Origin: Patescibacteria group bacterium
Lineage (GTDB): Bacteria; Patescibacteriota; Minisyncoccia; Phycocordibacterales; EsbW-18
Direction of reading: 5' to 3'
Assembly: GCA_038063815.1 (NCBI GenBank)
Contig: JBBTUJ010000003.1
Span: 12,965 to 76,964 of the forward strand
DNA: 64,000 nucleotides
The position numbers and the translations under genes are program-made. Every line of letters starts with the position of its first letter. Position 1 is the stretch's first letter. This document shows, piece by piece, positions 1 through 7,971 of this stretch. Under the pieces are notes generated by a model. That model made no database searches and was not told the origin of the DNA. It saw only the letters and a program-made list of their open reading frames with translations.

Positions 1-19
1 ACCAACGACCGACAACTAG
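1..19. repeat. left arm ACCAACGACCGACAACTAG of composite inverted-repeat element (copy A)
   Basis: 18/18 nt identical to 34052-34069; roughly complementary to the right arm at 451-487. Confidence 0.6.
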
Positions 20-26
20 AGAAACG

Positions 27-428
27 TCAGTCAAGGGATCTTTTAAACCCACCTATCTGTCTTGCCAGGGTTTCTGTTTTTTCTCGAATACCTTTCTGTT
101 GTAGAGCGTCAAGTATATTAATCTTACACAACGTATCTACTGCTGCTCGGACTTCATAGAGAGAACCGAGTGCGATATCCAGAAATCTCTTTAAATCTGC
201 GTCTGTTTTCTTTCCGCTACCTTCGGCAATATTTAAAATGACCGAAAAAGCAGCTCTGTTCAACTGACTTCCCAGATCAAACCGGTACTCTCTCGGAATA
301 GTTCGAACCAAAGCAGATATCTCGATAAACAGATCTTGAGCAAGTGTGTAAATATTCCAATCCAGAAAACGAAATTGCTTCATGAACGTAAAGGATGTTC
401 CTTCTCCCATAAAAACTTTATAAAACAT
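27..428 (-). CDS. four-helix-bundle protein (23S rRNA intervening-sequence protein family, PF05635-like)
   Basis: 133 aa with the 'NIAEGSGKKTDADLKRFLDIALGSLYEVRAAVD' motif typical of this family; flanked by inverted repeats (1-19 and 451-487). Confidence 0.7.
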   Translation of the reverse strand: MFYKVFMGEGTSFTFMKQFRFLDWNIYTLAQDLFIEISALVRTIPREYRFDLGSQLNRAAFSVILNIAEGSGKKTDADLKRFLDIALGSLYEVRAAVDTLCKINILDALQQKGIREKTETLARQIGGFKRSLD

Positions 429-450
429 CTCTTCTGGGCTCTTCGTTCTG

Positions 451-487
451 GTTGTTGGTTGTAGGTTGTGGGTTGTGGGTTACAATA
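451..487. repeat. right arm GTTGTTGGTTGTAGGTTGTGGGTTGTGGGTTACAATA of composite inverted-repeat element (copy A)
   Basis: shares a 17-nt core GGTTGTAGGTTGTGGGT and the ...GGTTACAATA end with 34100-34141. Confidence 0.6.
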
Positions 488-493
488 TATTCC

Positions 494-1174
494 ATGGCCC
501 AAGCGCAAAAGGCAAAAGCGACGCAAGAATTTGTTCCTATTAAGGAAATACGGAGTGGCATCGTTGTTCTTAAAGACAACTCGTTGCGTTCCGTTCTCTT
601 GGCATCATCCTTGAACTTCGCGCTTAAATCAGAGGATGAACAAACCGCGATAATCTTGCAGTTCCAGAACATGCTGAATTCGCTTGAGTTCCCCATGCAA
701 TTCTTCATACAGTCCCGCGAGCTTGATATCCGGCCCTATCTTGCTCTCCTTGAGGCACAACTTAAAGAACAAACGATCGAACTCATCAAAGTACAGACGC
801 GCGAGTACATCGAGTTCGTCAAGGGATTTACAGAGAACGTGAACATCATGTCGAAGAGTTTCTTCGTTGTTGTTCCCTATAACCCCGCGGTTATCAAATC
901 AAAGGGTGGCGTGTCGGGTGTTCTTGGTGGGCTTATTGGAAAGAACAGAAACGACGCAGAGACGCGCCTCAGTCTCTTTGAAGAATCCCGGAGTCAACTC
1001 GAGCAACGAGTCGCCGTCATCACACAAGGACTCTCCCGCGCCGGCGTTCGCGCAATCCAGCTCGGAACAGAGGAGTTGGTGGAACTTTACTACAAACTCT
1101 TCAATCCGGGCGATTCGGAAAAACCTATCAAGATTGCAACCGACAGCCAACAAAAAAGTGCTGTAACTCGTTAG
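494..1174 (+). CDS. hypothetical protein, resembles the N-terminal region of Gram-positive-type VirB4/PrgJ/TcpF proteins
   Basis: The ATG at 494 lies just after the repeat; the ORF-track start at 452 is a TTG inside the repeat. The motif 'EFVPIKEIRSGIVVLKDNSLRSVL' is like VirB4 N-termini. Sits immediately upstream of the VirB4-like ATPase. Confidence 0.4.
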   Translation: MAQAQKAKATQEFVPIKEIRSGIVVLKDNSLRSVLLASSLNFALKSEDEQTAIILQFQNMLNSLEFPMQFFIQSRELDIRPYLALLEAQLKEQTIELIKVQTREYIEFVKGFTENVNIMSKSFFVVVPYNPAVIKSKGGVSGVLGGLIGKNRNDAETRLSLFEESRSQLEQRVAVITQGLSRAGVRAIQLGTEELVELYYKLFNPGDSEKPIKIATDSQQKSAVTR

Positions 1175-1181
1175 CCATCGT

Positions 1182-3122
1182 ATGTCTATCTTTGATGTAT
1201 TCAAAAGAAAAAAAGGTGTAGACGTGGAGATAACTCCCGTTTTGCCAAAAGATATCTACGAAGCCGGCGTTCTTGAACTCAAAGATATTTTGGCGCCTTC
1301 TGCGCTCAAAATCACACCACGAGAGCTCAACCTCGGAGACAAGATCGTACGGACATTCTTTGTAATCTCGTACCCCCGCTTCGTTCCCGACAACTGGCTT
1401 TCTCCTATCATCAATCTCGATAAAGTATTCGATATCTCGATTTCTATTGTCCCTGTTGAAACGGCACAGGTCCTCAAAGATTTCAGAAAGAAGGTGGCTG
1501 AGGTACAAAGCCAGATACATATGCGAGAGGAACGCGGGCTTGTGCGCGACCCAATGCTCGATGCCGCATACCAAAACCTCGAGGGTCTACGCGACCAACT
1601 CCAGCAGGCAACAGAGAAACTTTTTGATGTTGGTCTCTATATTTCTGTCTATGCAGATAACGAGAACGAGCTCGATAAACTGGAATCCGAGATTCGTTCG
1701 ATTCTTGAAGCGCGTTTGGTGTACCTCAAACCAGCCCTTTTTCAGCAAGAACAGGGGTTCAGGAGCGTTGTTCCTATGAATACAGATGAGCTCCAGGTTC
1801 ACTCAAAACTGAACACATCTCCTCTCTCAAGCTTCTTCCCATTCGTGTCGTTTGACCTCACGTCGGACAAGGGAATCCTCTACGGTATCAACAGACACAA
1901 CTCTTCTCTCATTCTCTTTGACCGATTTTCGCTTCCGAACTACAACTCGGTCACATTCGCAACATCTGGTGCAGGAAAAAGTTACGCGACGAAGCTCGAG
2001 ATTCTCCGTACGCTCATGTTCGATACCGAGGTCATCGTGATTGACCCCGAGCGCGAGTACGAGTTCATGGTTGAAGCAATGGGTGGGAGGTATTTCAATA
2101 TTTCTCTGACATCTGAACACCACATCAACCCATTCGACCTCCCTCCGGTCAAAGAAGACGAGTCACCATCAAATGTGTTGCGCTCGCACATCGTCACCTT
2201 GGTCGGGCTTTTCCGAATTATGTTCGGCGGACTGACACCAGAAGAGGACGCTATCATTGACCGCGCAATAAGCGAAACATACGCGCTCAAAGACATAACT
2301 GGTGATACTGACTTTTCAGGAAACCAGCCGCCGCTTCTTTCTGACTTTGAACTCGTCCTTGCCGGCATGCAGGGTGGGGAATCGCTCGTTCAACGTTTGA
2401 CCAAGTACACGAAAGGGACGTGGTCTGGATTCATCAATAATCCTTCGAATGTTGATATCAACAAAAAGTTCGTCGTCTTTTCTGTGCGCGACATGGAAGA
2501 TGAACTAAAACCCGTCGCGATGTACCTGGTCACACACTACATCTGGAGCGCCGTACGGAAAAACATCAAGAAACGACTCCTTGTCGTCGACGAAGCGTGG
2601 TGGATGATGAAATCAGAGGATACTGCGTCTCTCTTGTTCGGACTCGCAAAGCGAGGACGAAAATACTACCTCGGCATCGCAACGATTACGCAGGACGTCG
2701 GTGACTTCTTGCGCTCGCCATACGGGCTCCCCATCATCACGAACTCATCTATCCAACTTCTCCTCAAACAATCCCCCTCATCGATTGATCTCGTACAGAG
2801 AACATTCAACCTCACCGACGAAGAGAAGTATCTGCTCCTTGAATCGGAAGTCGGTGAAGGAATCTTCTTCGCAGGACTCAAACACGTGGCATCAAAAACG
2901 ATCGCCTCATACACAGAGGACCAAATCATTACATCCGATCCCTCGCAGATCTTGGCAATCAAAAAGTCCCGTGAAGAGTATCGTGCCGCACGAAAAAACC
3001 TCGACGGAGAGCAGGACGCTGGGACATCCGCATCACCACAATCAAATCCAAACGAACCATCGACCCCATCCGCTCCCGAGACCCTCACAAAGGGTGTAGA
3101 ATTAAAGAACGTGCTGGAATAG
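1182..3122 (+). CDS. virB4: VirB4/TrbE/CagE-family type IV secretion ATPase
   Basis: Walker A 'ATSGAGKSYATK' and Walker B 'LLVVDEAWWMM' (the DEAW signature of VirB4); 646 aa. Confidence 0.75.
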   Translation: MSIFDVFKRKKGVDVEITPVLPKDIYEAGVLELKDILAPSALKITPRELNLGDKIVRTFFVISYPRFVPDNWLSPIINLDKVFDISISIVPVETAQVLKDFRKKVAEVQSQIHMREERGLVRDPMLDAAYQNLEGLRDQLQQATEKLFDVGLYISVYADNENELDKLESEIRSILEARLVYLKPALFQQEQGFRSVVPMNTDELQVHSKLNTSPLSSFFPFVSFDLTSDKGILYGINRHNSSLILFDRFSLPNYNSVTFATSGAGKSYATKLEILRTLMFDTEVIVIDPEREYEFMVEAMGGRYFNISLTSEHHINPFDLPPVKEDESPSNVLRSHIVTLVGLFRIMFGGLTPEEDAIIDRAISETYALKDITGDTDFSGNQPPLLSDFELVLAGMQGGESLVQRLTKYTKGTWSGFINNPSNVDINKKFVVFSVRDMEDELKPVAMYLVTHYIWSAVRKNIKKRLLVVDEAWWMMKSEDTASLLFGLAKRGRKYYLGIATITQDVGDFLRSPYGLPIITNSSIQLLLKQSPSSIDLVQRTFNLTDEEKYLLLESEVGEGIFFAGLKHVASKTIASYTEDQIITSDPSQILAIKKSREEYRAARKNLDGEQDAGTSASPQSNPNEPSTPSAPETLTKGVELKNVLE

Positions 3123-3134
3123 CGGCCGTTCTTC

Positions 3135-3635
3135 ATGGCAGAACCTTCAAAAAAGCGCATTAGTAACACGACCGCAATGTTGCTTTTTGCTGTTGCGATT
3201 GTTTTTGACCTCATCAGTATTATTCCTTTTGTTGGGCAGTTCATCTCGACCGTTGGAGGAGCGGTGACTTTTTTTATCTGGTTCACAATCCTTGGCATTC
3301 CTTTGATAAGTCCTAAGAAAATCGCCTCATGGGGACTTAACCTCGCCGTTGAAGCATTTCCTGTACTCGGGTCTGTGTGGCCTGGTATAACTGCCGGTGT
3401 TATACTCATGGTGCTCATCACGCGCACCGAGGATACGTTGGGTGTTCAGATTCTTAAGACGAAAGGTGTCCCAGGACCCACACAAGCAAAAGCAACGCGA
3501 CGCATCCAAAATCCGGGTCGGGCGCTCGAGGCGCGAGCCCGCCTCGACCGGATGCAAGAAACACGAGCTCGCGCTGAAACACCAGCCAAAAAAACACCTC
3601 GGGTTGGAAACGACCTTACAGGAGACATCTCATGA
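3135..3635 (+). CDS. integral membrane protein (3-4 TM), T4SS-cluster associated
   Basis: hydrophobic segments 'LLFAVAIVFDLISIIPFVG', 'FFIWFTILGIPLI', 'VILMVLI'; near-contiguous with virB4. Confidence 0.45.
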   Translation: MAEPSKKRISNTTAMLLFAVAIVFDLISIIPFVGQFISTVGGAVTFFIWFTILGIPLISPKKIASWGLNLAVEAFPVLGSVWPGITAGVILMVLITRTEDTLGVQILKTKGVPGPTQAKATRRIQNPGRALEARARLDRMQETRARAETPAKKTPRVGNDLTGDIS

Positions 3636-4351
3636 AATACTTTTTGTACAGCGTCTGTTTTCTTTTTATCGCCGGGCTTCTGGTGACCTCCGTGTACGCA
3701 CAAGTAAACGTGACAACGGAGTTCGTTCCGACCAATACTACACTGGTATGGGAGGCGGAATCCTACACGCCGCCATTCTACAAAGGAAAGGCGCTGTATC
3801 CGACAGGTGGCACGGTACACGTTGTTGCGTTCCCTCCAGAGGGAGTCGGCAATCCCGAAACGCTGACCTATACATGGAAGGTTGATGGCGAAGTCCAAGG
3901 AGATCTGTCCGGTGTTGGAAGGCAGACATTTGTTTGGAGTGGAGGTCTTTTTAGCGGATCTCCCTTGATTGTTGTTGAGGTGTCGTCAGCCGCCGGAACG
4001 CATGGTGTTGGCGCAACGCGTATACCGGAAACAAATCCGGGAATCCTTCTGTACCAAGATGCTCCACTTGTTGGTATCCTTTTTAACACCGCCTTCACCG
4101 CTCATCCTTCGAATGAAATTGCCGTCGAAGCATACCCCCTCTTTTTTTCAACACAAACAAGAAACGAGCAACCTCTTCGCTATACGTGGTTTGCGGGAAA
4201 TACCGCATTACAAAATCCGCTCGACACACCAGCACGCATCGTGGTACGAACCGAGAACCCTGGGACAACAACGCTTTCGGTACGCGTCGAGAATGACAAC
4301 AACCTTCTTGAGTCGGCACGTGGAGAAATGACCATTCGTCTCACAGAATAA
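3632..4351 (+). CDS. secreted protein (signal peptide), unknown function
   Basis: N-terminus 'MKYFLYSVCFLFIAGLLVTSVYAQ'; start overlaps the previous stop by 4 nt. Confidence 0.45.
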   Translation: MKYFLYSVCFLFIAGLLVTSVYAQVNVTTEFVPTNTTLVWEAESYTPPFYKGKALYPTGGTVHVVAFPPEGVGNPETLTYTWKVDGEVQGDLSGVGRQTFVWSGGLFSGSPLIVVEVSSAAGTHGVGATRIPETNPGILLYQDAPLVGILFNTAFTAHPSNEIAVEAYPLFFSTQTRNEQPLRYTWFAGNTALQNPLDTPARIVVRTENPGTTTLSVRVENDNNLLESARGEMTIRLTE

Positions 4352-4352
4352 A

Positions 4353-5189
4353 ATGAAAACCTCAACAAAACTTCTTGTTCATTGTTCATTGTTCATTGTT
4401 TCTTTTTTTGCGATTACGGGCGTTGTGCTCGCAGCAAATGACTATACCCTCCTCGCACCATCGGTGCCTTTTATTGGAAAAACATACACCCCAGGAAATC
4501 TCGCGGGATACCTCCAGGGTATCTTTCGTTTGGGCATCGGGATTGCTGTTACGCTCGCAATTCTTATTCTCGTCAAAAATGGAATCCAGTGGATGGTTTC
4601 CGATGTCGCAGGAAAAAAAGAAGAGGTAAAAGATTGGTCGTGGGACGCCATTCTCGGACTTCTTCTCGCGTTTTCCGCATGGCTCATTCTAAGTACCATA
4701 AACCCAGATCTTGTTAAATTTAAACTCGTACAGACAATTAAAGATGCCAAAGAACAAGCACTTCGTCCTCCCGTTGGGGGTACGGTAACAACGGTAGGAA
4801 AACCGTGGCCAGACGACTCAAAGGAAAGAGGTCTGCTTGATGCTGGGGGCGTTCATGTAAAGACACCAACGTGCAAGACAGATGTTCAAAAGGGCTGTAC
4901 GAGCGTTGCGGGTCTTTCTCAAACGTCAATCTCTAAACTCATCCAGTTAAAGGCGAAGTGTAAGTGCGAGGTATTCATTTCGGGCGGAACAGAGTATTGG
5001 TTACACAAAACTCACGGCGGAAACAATACTGTTGATATTCGTAATTATGCTGACTTAGCTGCATATTTGGGAGGTATGGGAGAAAAGTGCGGAGACACAA
5101 AACCAAAAGATGGTTTGACGTTTCACTGGGAAGACAAAAGTTGTCCGTGGGCCACCGCAGGAGATGGTCACTGGCACGTTCCTTTGTAA
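4353..5189 (+). CDS. signal-peptide protein with two further TM helices and a Cys-rich C-terminal domain; possible pilin-like (VirB2/TrbC-like) T4SS component
   Basis: 'MKTSTKLLVHCSLFIVSFFAITGVVLAA' then 'GIFRLGIGIAVTLAILILV' and 'AILGLLLAFSAWLILSTI'; the 5' end carries TTCATTG tandem repeats. Confidence 0.4.
   Translation: MKTSTKLLVHCSLFIVSFFAITGVVLAANDYTLLAPSVPFIGKTYTPGNLAGYLQGIFRLGIGIAVTLAILILVKNGIQWMVSDVAGKKEEVKDWSWDAILGLLLAFSAWLILSTINPDLVKFKLVQTIKDAKEQALRPPVGGTVTTVGKPWPDDSKERGLLDAGGVHVKTPTCKTDVQKGCTSVAGLSQTSISKLIQLKAKCKCEVFISGGTEYWLHKTHGGNNTVDIRNYADLAAYLGGMGEKCGDTKPKDGLTFHWEDKSCPWATAGDGHWHVPL
4376..4403. repeat. tandem heptad repeat (TTGTTCA/TTCATTG) x about 3.5
   Basis: ttgttcattgttcattgttcattgtttc; the same motif recurs at 32913-32946 and 62415-62454, each at the 5' end of a pilus/T4SS-like gene. 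Confidence 0.7.
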
Positions 5190-5194
5190 GTAAG

Positions 5195-6478
5195 ATGTAT
5201 ATGCCCAAAAAAGTATCCCTCATTCTTACGCTTATCGTCATCCTCGCACTTGTCGGTGGCGTTTGGTTTTGGTTCGCATACATCCACACACCAGCCTCCG
5301 AATCTCCCACAACAGAAGAGTCGCGGGGTGGATTTTTCTCTTTCTTTGGTAACTACTTCGGTGGAAGTGGTGAGCCGGGGACACAGACCCCAACCAACGA
5401 AACCCCGGAAGTGCTTGCTCCCGCGTTCTCATTCCGAGAGCGTCTTACAAAGGAACGAATGCTCTCTCTTTCAGATGTTCCTCTTTCGGGTACAACGTTT
5501 GCACTCATGCGCAAAGGAACGACGACCCCCGCACTGTTCGACGAGCAGGTTCGGTTTGTTGAGAGAGAAACGGGGCACGTTGTTGACCTCTCAATCACAA
5601 CAGGGGACACCGAGCGCATCTCAAACACAACAATCCCCGGTATTCAAGAGACCATCTGGGGCAATGGCGGAAACACAGTTGCCCTTCGTTACCTCGCAGA
5701 AGATAGCGAAACGATAGAGACCTTTGTGGGAACGCTTCCGACAACAACTCCTGTTATGAACACGGACCTTGTTGGAACATTTTTTCCGCAAAACATCACA
5801 TCTCTCGCCATGCGTCCGACGAACGGAGAGGTGTTCTATGTCATCAAAAATCAAGATGGGGCGGCAGGACGTATTACAAATGTCGCAGGCACGAACACCC
5901 GAACTCTCTTTTCTTCTCCTCTTCGTGAGTGGGCCGCGCTCTGGACAAGCCCTTTAATCACCCTCACCACAAAACCGTCTGCACGAGCGACCGGATCTGC
6001 ACACTCTCTTAACCCATCAACGGGAGCGCTTGTACGGCTCACCCCAAACACATCGGGGCTAACTGTTCTTATGAACACGGAGCAAACTCGCGTGCTCTAT
6101 ACCAACACCACCCCTTCTACGGTTTCACTCTTTATACTCAACCTCACCACACAAGAAACATGGACTGTGCCCTTGAGAACTCTTCCAGAAAAGTGTGTGT
6201 GGCGAGATGAAACGAACCTCATATGCGCTGTACCGGACAACGTCCCTGGAAATATGCCCGACATTTGGTACCAAGGACGCGTGTCACTTTCCGATACCTT
6301 ATGGGCAATCGACACCGAAACCAAACTTGTTGATTTCCTCATCTCACCAGAGGAAATTATTGGAGAGGGTGTTGATGCGATTGGGCTTTCACTTTCTTCA
6401 GACGGCACAATTCTCTCGTTCATCAATAAAAAAGATCTGCGTGGTTGGATCGCAGATGTTACGTCAACCAACAACTAG
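5195..6478 (+). CDS. secreted/membrane-anchored Thr-rich protein, unknown function
   Basis: ATG at 5195 lies just after the upstream stop; the ORF-track start at 5087 overlaps the previous gene. TM 'VSLILTLIVILALVGGVWFWF'. C-terminus '...TSTNN' is encoded by the repeat hairpin. Confidence 0.5.
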   Translation: MYMPKKVSLILTLIVILALVGGVWFWFAYIHTPASESPTTEESRGGFFSFFGNYFGGSGEPGTQTPTNETPEVLAPAFSFRERLTKERMLSLSDVPLSGTTFALMRKGTTTPALFDEQVRFVERETGHVVDLSITTGDTERISNTTIPGIQETIWGNGGNTVALRYLAEDSETIETFVGTLPTTTPVMNTDLVGTFFPQNITSLAMRPTNGEVFYVIKNQDGAAGRITNVAGTNTRTLFSSPLREWAALWTSPLITLTTKPSARATGSAHSLNPSTGALVRLTPNTSGLTVLMNTEQTRVLYTNTTPSTVSLFILNLTTQETWTVPLRTLPEKCVWRDETNLICAVPDNVPGNMPDIWYQGRVSLSDTLWAIDTETKLVDFLISPEEIIGEGVDAIGLSLSSDGTILSFINKKDLRGWIADVTSTNN

Positions 6479-6500
6479 TGCTTTGTTTAGTTGTTGGTTG
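6465..6500. terminator. 13-bp perfect hairpin (CAACCAACAACTA / TAGTTGTTGGTTG) between convergent genes; candidate bidirectional terminator
   Basis: the stem arms overlap the stop codons of the 5195-6478 gene (TAG at 6476-78) and of yidC (TAA complement at 6487-89); built from the CAACCAACAAC repeat family. Confidence 0.55.
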
Positions 6501-7233
6501 TTGGTTGTTGGTTTTCGGCCGTTATTTTTTTCCTTGTCCACCATTCTTGCCCGATTGAGAATAGGTTTGATGTCGTCCAATAGAGCGCAACCGATGCGGG
6601 TAGCGCAGAAGCGATAAAGACGATGACAACGGGGAAGATGTATTTCATCTGGAACTGCAAACTCTTACTGAACTCGTTCCCGAATGATGGCTTGGTGTCT
6701 TTCTTTGTCTCAGGAACGCGCATGAGCTTCGCTTGGAAGAATTGTGAGACGCCGGCAAGGATAGCGATAGGAATACTCCTTACTGTCACGTCCACAAGTC
6801 CCAGGAACATCGTATTGATGTGTGACGGGGCATCAACGAATGAGTAGAGGAATGTGGGGTCTATCGCGGGAAAACCGGCCCGCAGAACCATGAAATAGAG
6901 ACCGAAAATGATCGGAATCTGAATGAAAAGAAAGAGGATATTCGAGAACGGATTAACCTTGTTGTTCCGATAGAGCTCCATCATCTTCACTGCCTGCTCT
7001 TGTTTGTCGTTCTTGTACTTCTCTTTAATGGCATCCATCTCCGGTTGGAGTTTTTGCACCATGAGTTGGGTGCGGACCGATTTTTGCGCGATAGGGAAGA
7101 GGATGAGTCGAATCACGCACGTGAAGACAATCACGATTACCCCGAGATCTGCCCAGGGAAGCGCCTGCATCAAAAGAACAATCCCGTTATACAAAGGTGT
7201 GGTAACAAACGTTCCGAATATGCTGTGTGACAT
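6487..7233 (-). CDS. yidC: membrane protein insertase YidC (short form)
   Basis: 248 aa, multi-TM, Oxa1/YidC-like; sits in the conserved rpmH-rnpA-yidC arrangement; C-terminus '...QQPTTNN'. Confidence 0.8.
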   Translation of the reverse strand: MSHSIFGTFVTTPLYNGIVLLMQALPWADLGVIVIVFTCVIRLILFPIAQKSVRTQLMVQKLQPEMDAIKEKYKNDKQEQAVKMMELYRNNKVNPFSNILFLFIQIPIIFGLYFMVLRAGFPAIDPTFLYSFVDAPSHINTMFLGLVDVTVRSIPIAILAGVSQFFQAKLMRVPETKKDTKPSFGNEFSKSLQFQMKYIFPVVIVFIASALPASVALYWTTSNLFSIGQEWWTRKKITAENQQPTTNN

Positions 7234-7254
7234 AGAAAGTAGTATACCTCGGCA

Positions 7255-7626
7255 CTAACTTTTGCGCATTCGGACATCCGATGTCCCGTCTTCGGACATC
7301 GAATATTCGAAAAGAAGATTCTTTATTTCCACCTCAAGTTCTTTGAACGAGAGTTCTGGTGCATTCTTTTTTGCAAACAACACATATCGACCGGGAGAGA
7401 TCGGTGTGTTTTTTTCCGACCGACGGAACACGTCATACACGCGGCGCTTGAGTTTGTGTCGCGCAACCGCTGTCCGTGCGACCTTTTTTGAAACAACAAC
7501 AGAGAAACGTGATGCCACGTCAGCGTGTGACACGGCGCGAAGAGAGAAGTGGGTGGCATGAAAAACCTGTCCGTCGCGTCCCGACGGAAATTCCTGCCGT
7601 GTTATACGACGCCTCTTTGAAAACAT
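7255..7626 (-). CDS. rnpA: ribonuclease P protein component
   Basis: 'SKRRRITRQEF...' RnpA motif; start taken at the internal M 'MFSKRRR'; lies downstream of rpmH. Confidence 0.8.
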   Translation of the reverse strand: MFSKRRRITRQEFPSGRDGQVFHATHFSLRAVSHADVASRFSVVVSKKVARTAVARHKLKRRVYDVFRRSEKNTPISPGRYVLFAKKNAPELSFKELEVEIKNLLFEYSMSEDGTSDVRMRKS

Positions 7627-7717
7627 ATAGAACGTATTTAAAACACGATTTGCTGCGCTGCCCGCTCCGGTCCTCGCCCGCGCCTTGCCTCTCATGTTTT
7701 AAATACGTTCTAGTGGG

Positions 7718-7852
7718 TTAGACAGTGAGTCGTTTTCGTCCTTTACTACGACGACGCGCGATTATGTTCCGTCCCGTCTTCGATTTCATACGGAGACGAA
7801 ACCCGTGTGTTTTTGCCCGCTTTCTCTTTTTTGGTTGATATGTTCTTTTCAT
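7718..7852 (-). CDS. rpmH: 50S ribosomal protein L34
   Basis: hand translation of the minus strand gives [44 protein letters not shown] (44 aa); not in the ORF track because it is <60 aa. Confidence 0.85.
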   Translation of the reverse strand: MKRTYQPKKRKRAKTHGFRLRMKSKTGRNIIARRRSKGRKRLTV

Positions 7853-7971
7853 AACTTTAATTGTGTGTTGTTGGTCGTTGGTTGTCGGTTAATTTGTCCC
7901 CACATTATTAACATAGTTATCTCCTTCTCACAAGTTCTCTCGGCACACCACTCATCTATAATGAACACTCT

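Noticed and set aside
452-493. Alternative (TTG/GTG) start extensions of several ORFs through repeats or into upstream genes (452, 5087, 13314, 40848, 42092, 45122, 50907, 61216)
   Set aside because: Extensions translate repeat or promoter sequence or overlap the upstream gene. Internal ATGs placed just after the preceding stop give sensible N-termini (signal peptides, conserved motifs).
2666-3427. 253-aa minus-strand ORF inside the VirB4 gene; similarly long antisense ORFs at 38215-39003, 58969-59598, 56670-57281, 56894-57343 and 11309-11851
   Set aside because: They lie fully antisense to well-supported genes (VirB4, rplS/tRNA-Leu, DsbB region, the D/E-rich repeat gene, PBP), have low-complexity or Arg/Ser-rich translations and no motifs. 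They are typical shadow ORFs of GC-moderate sequence.
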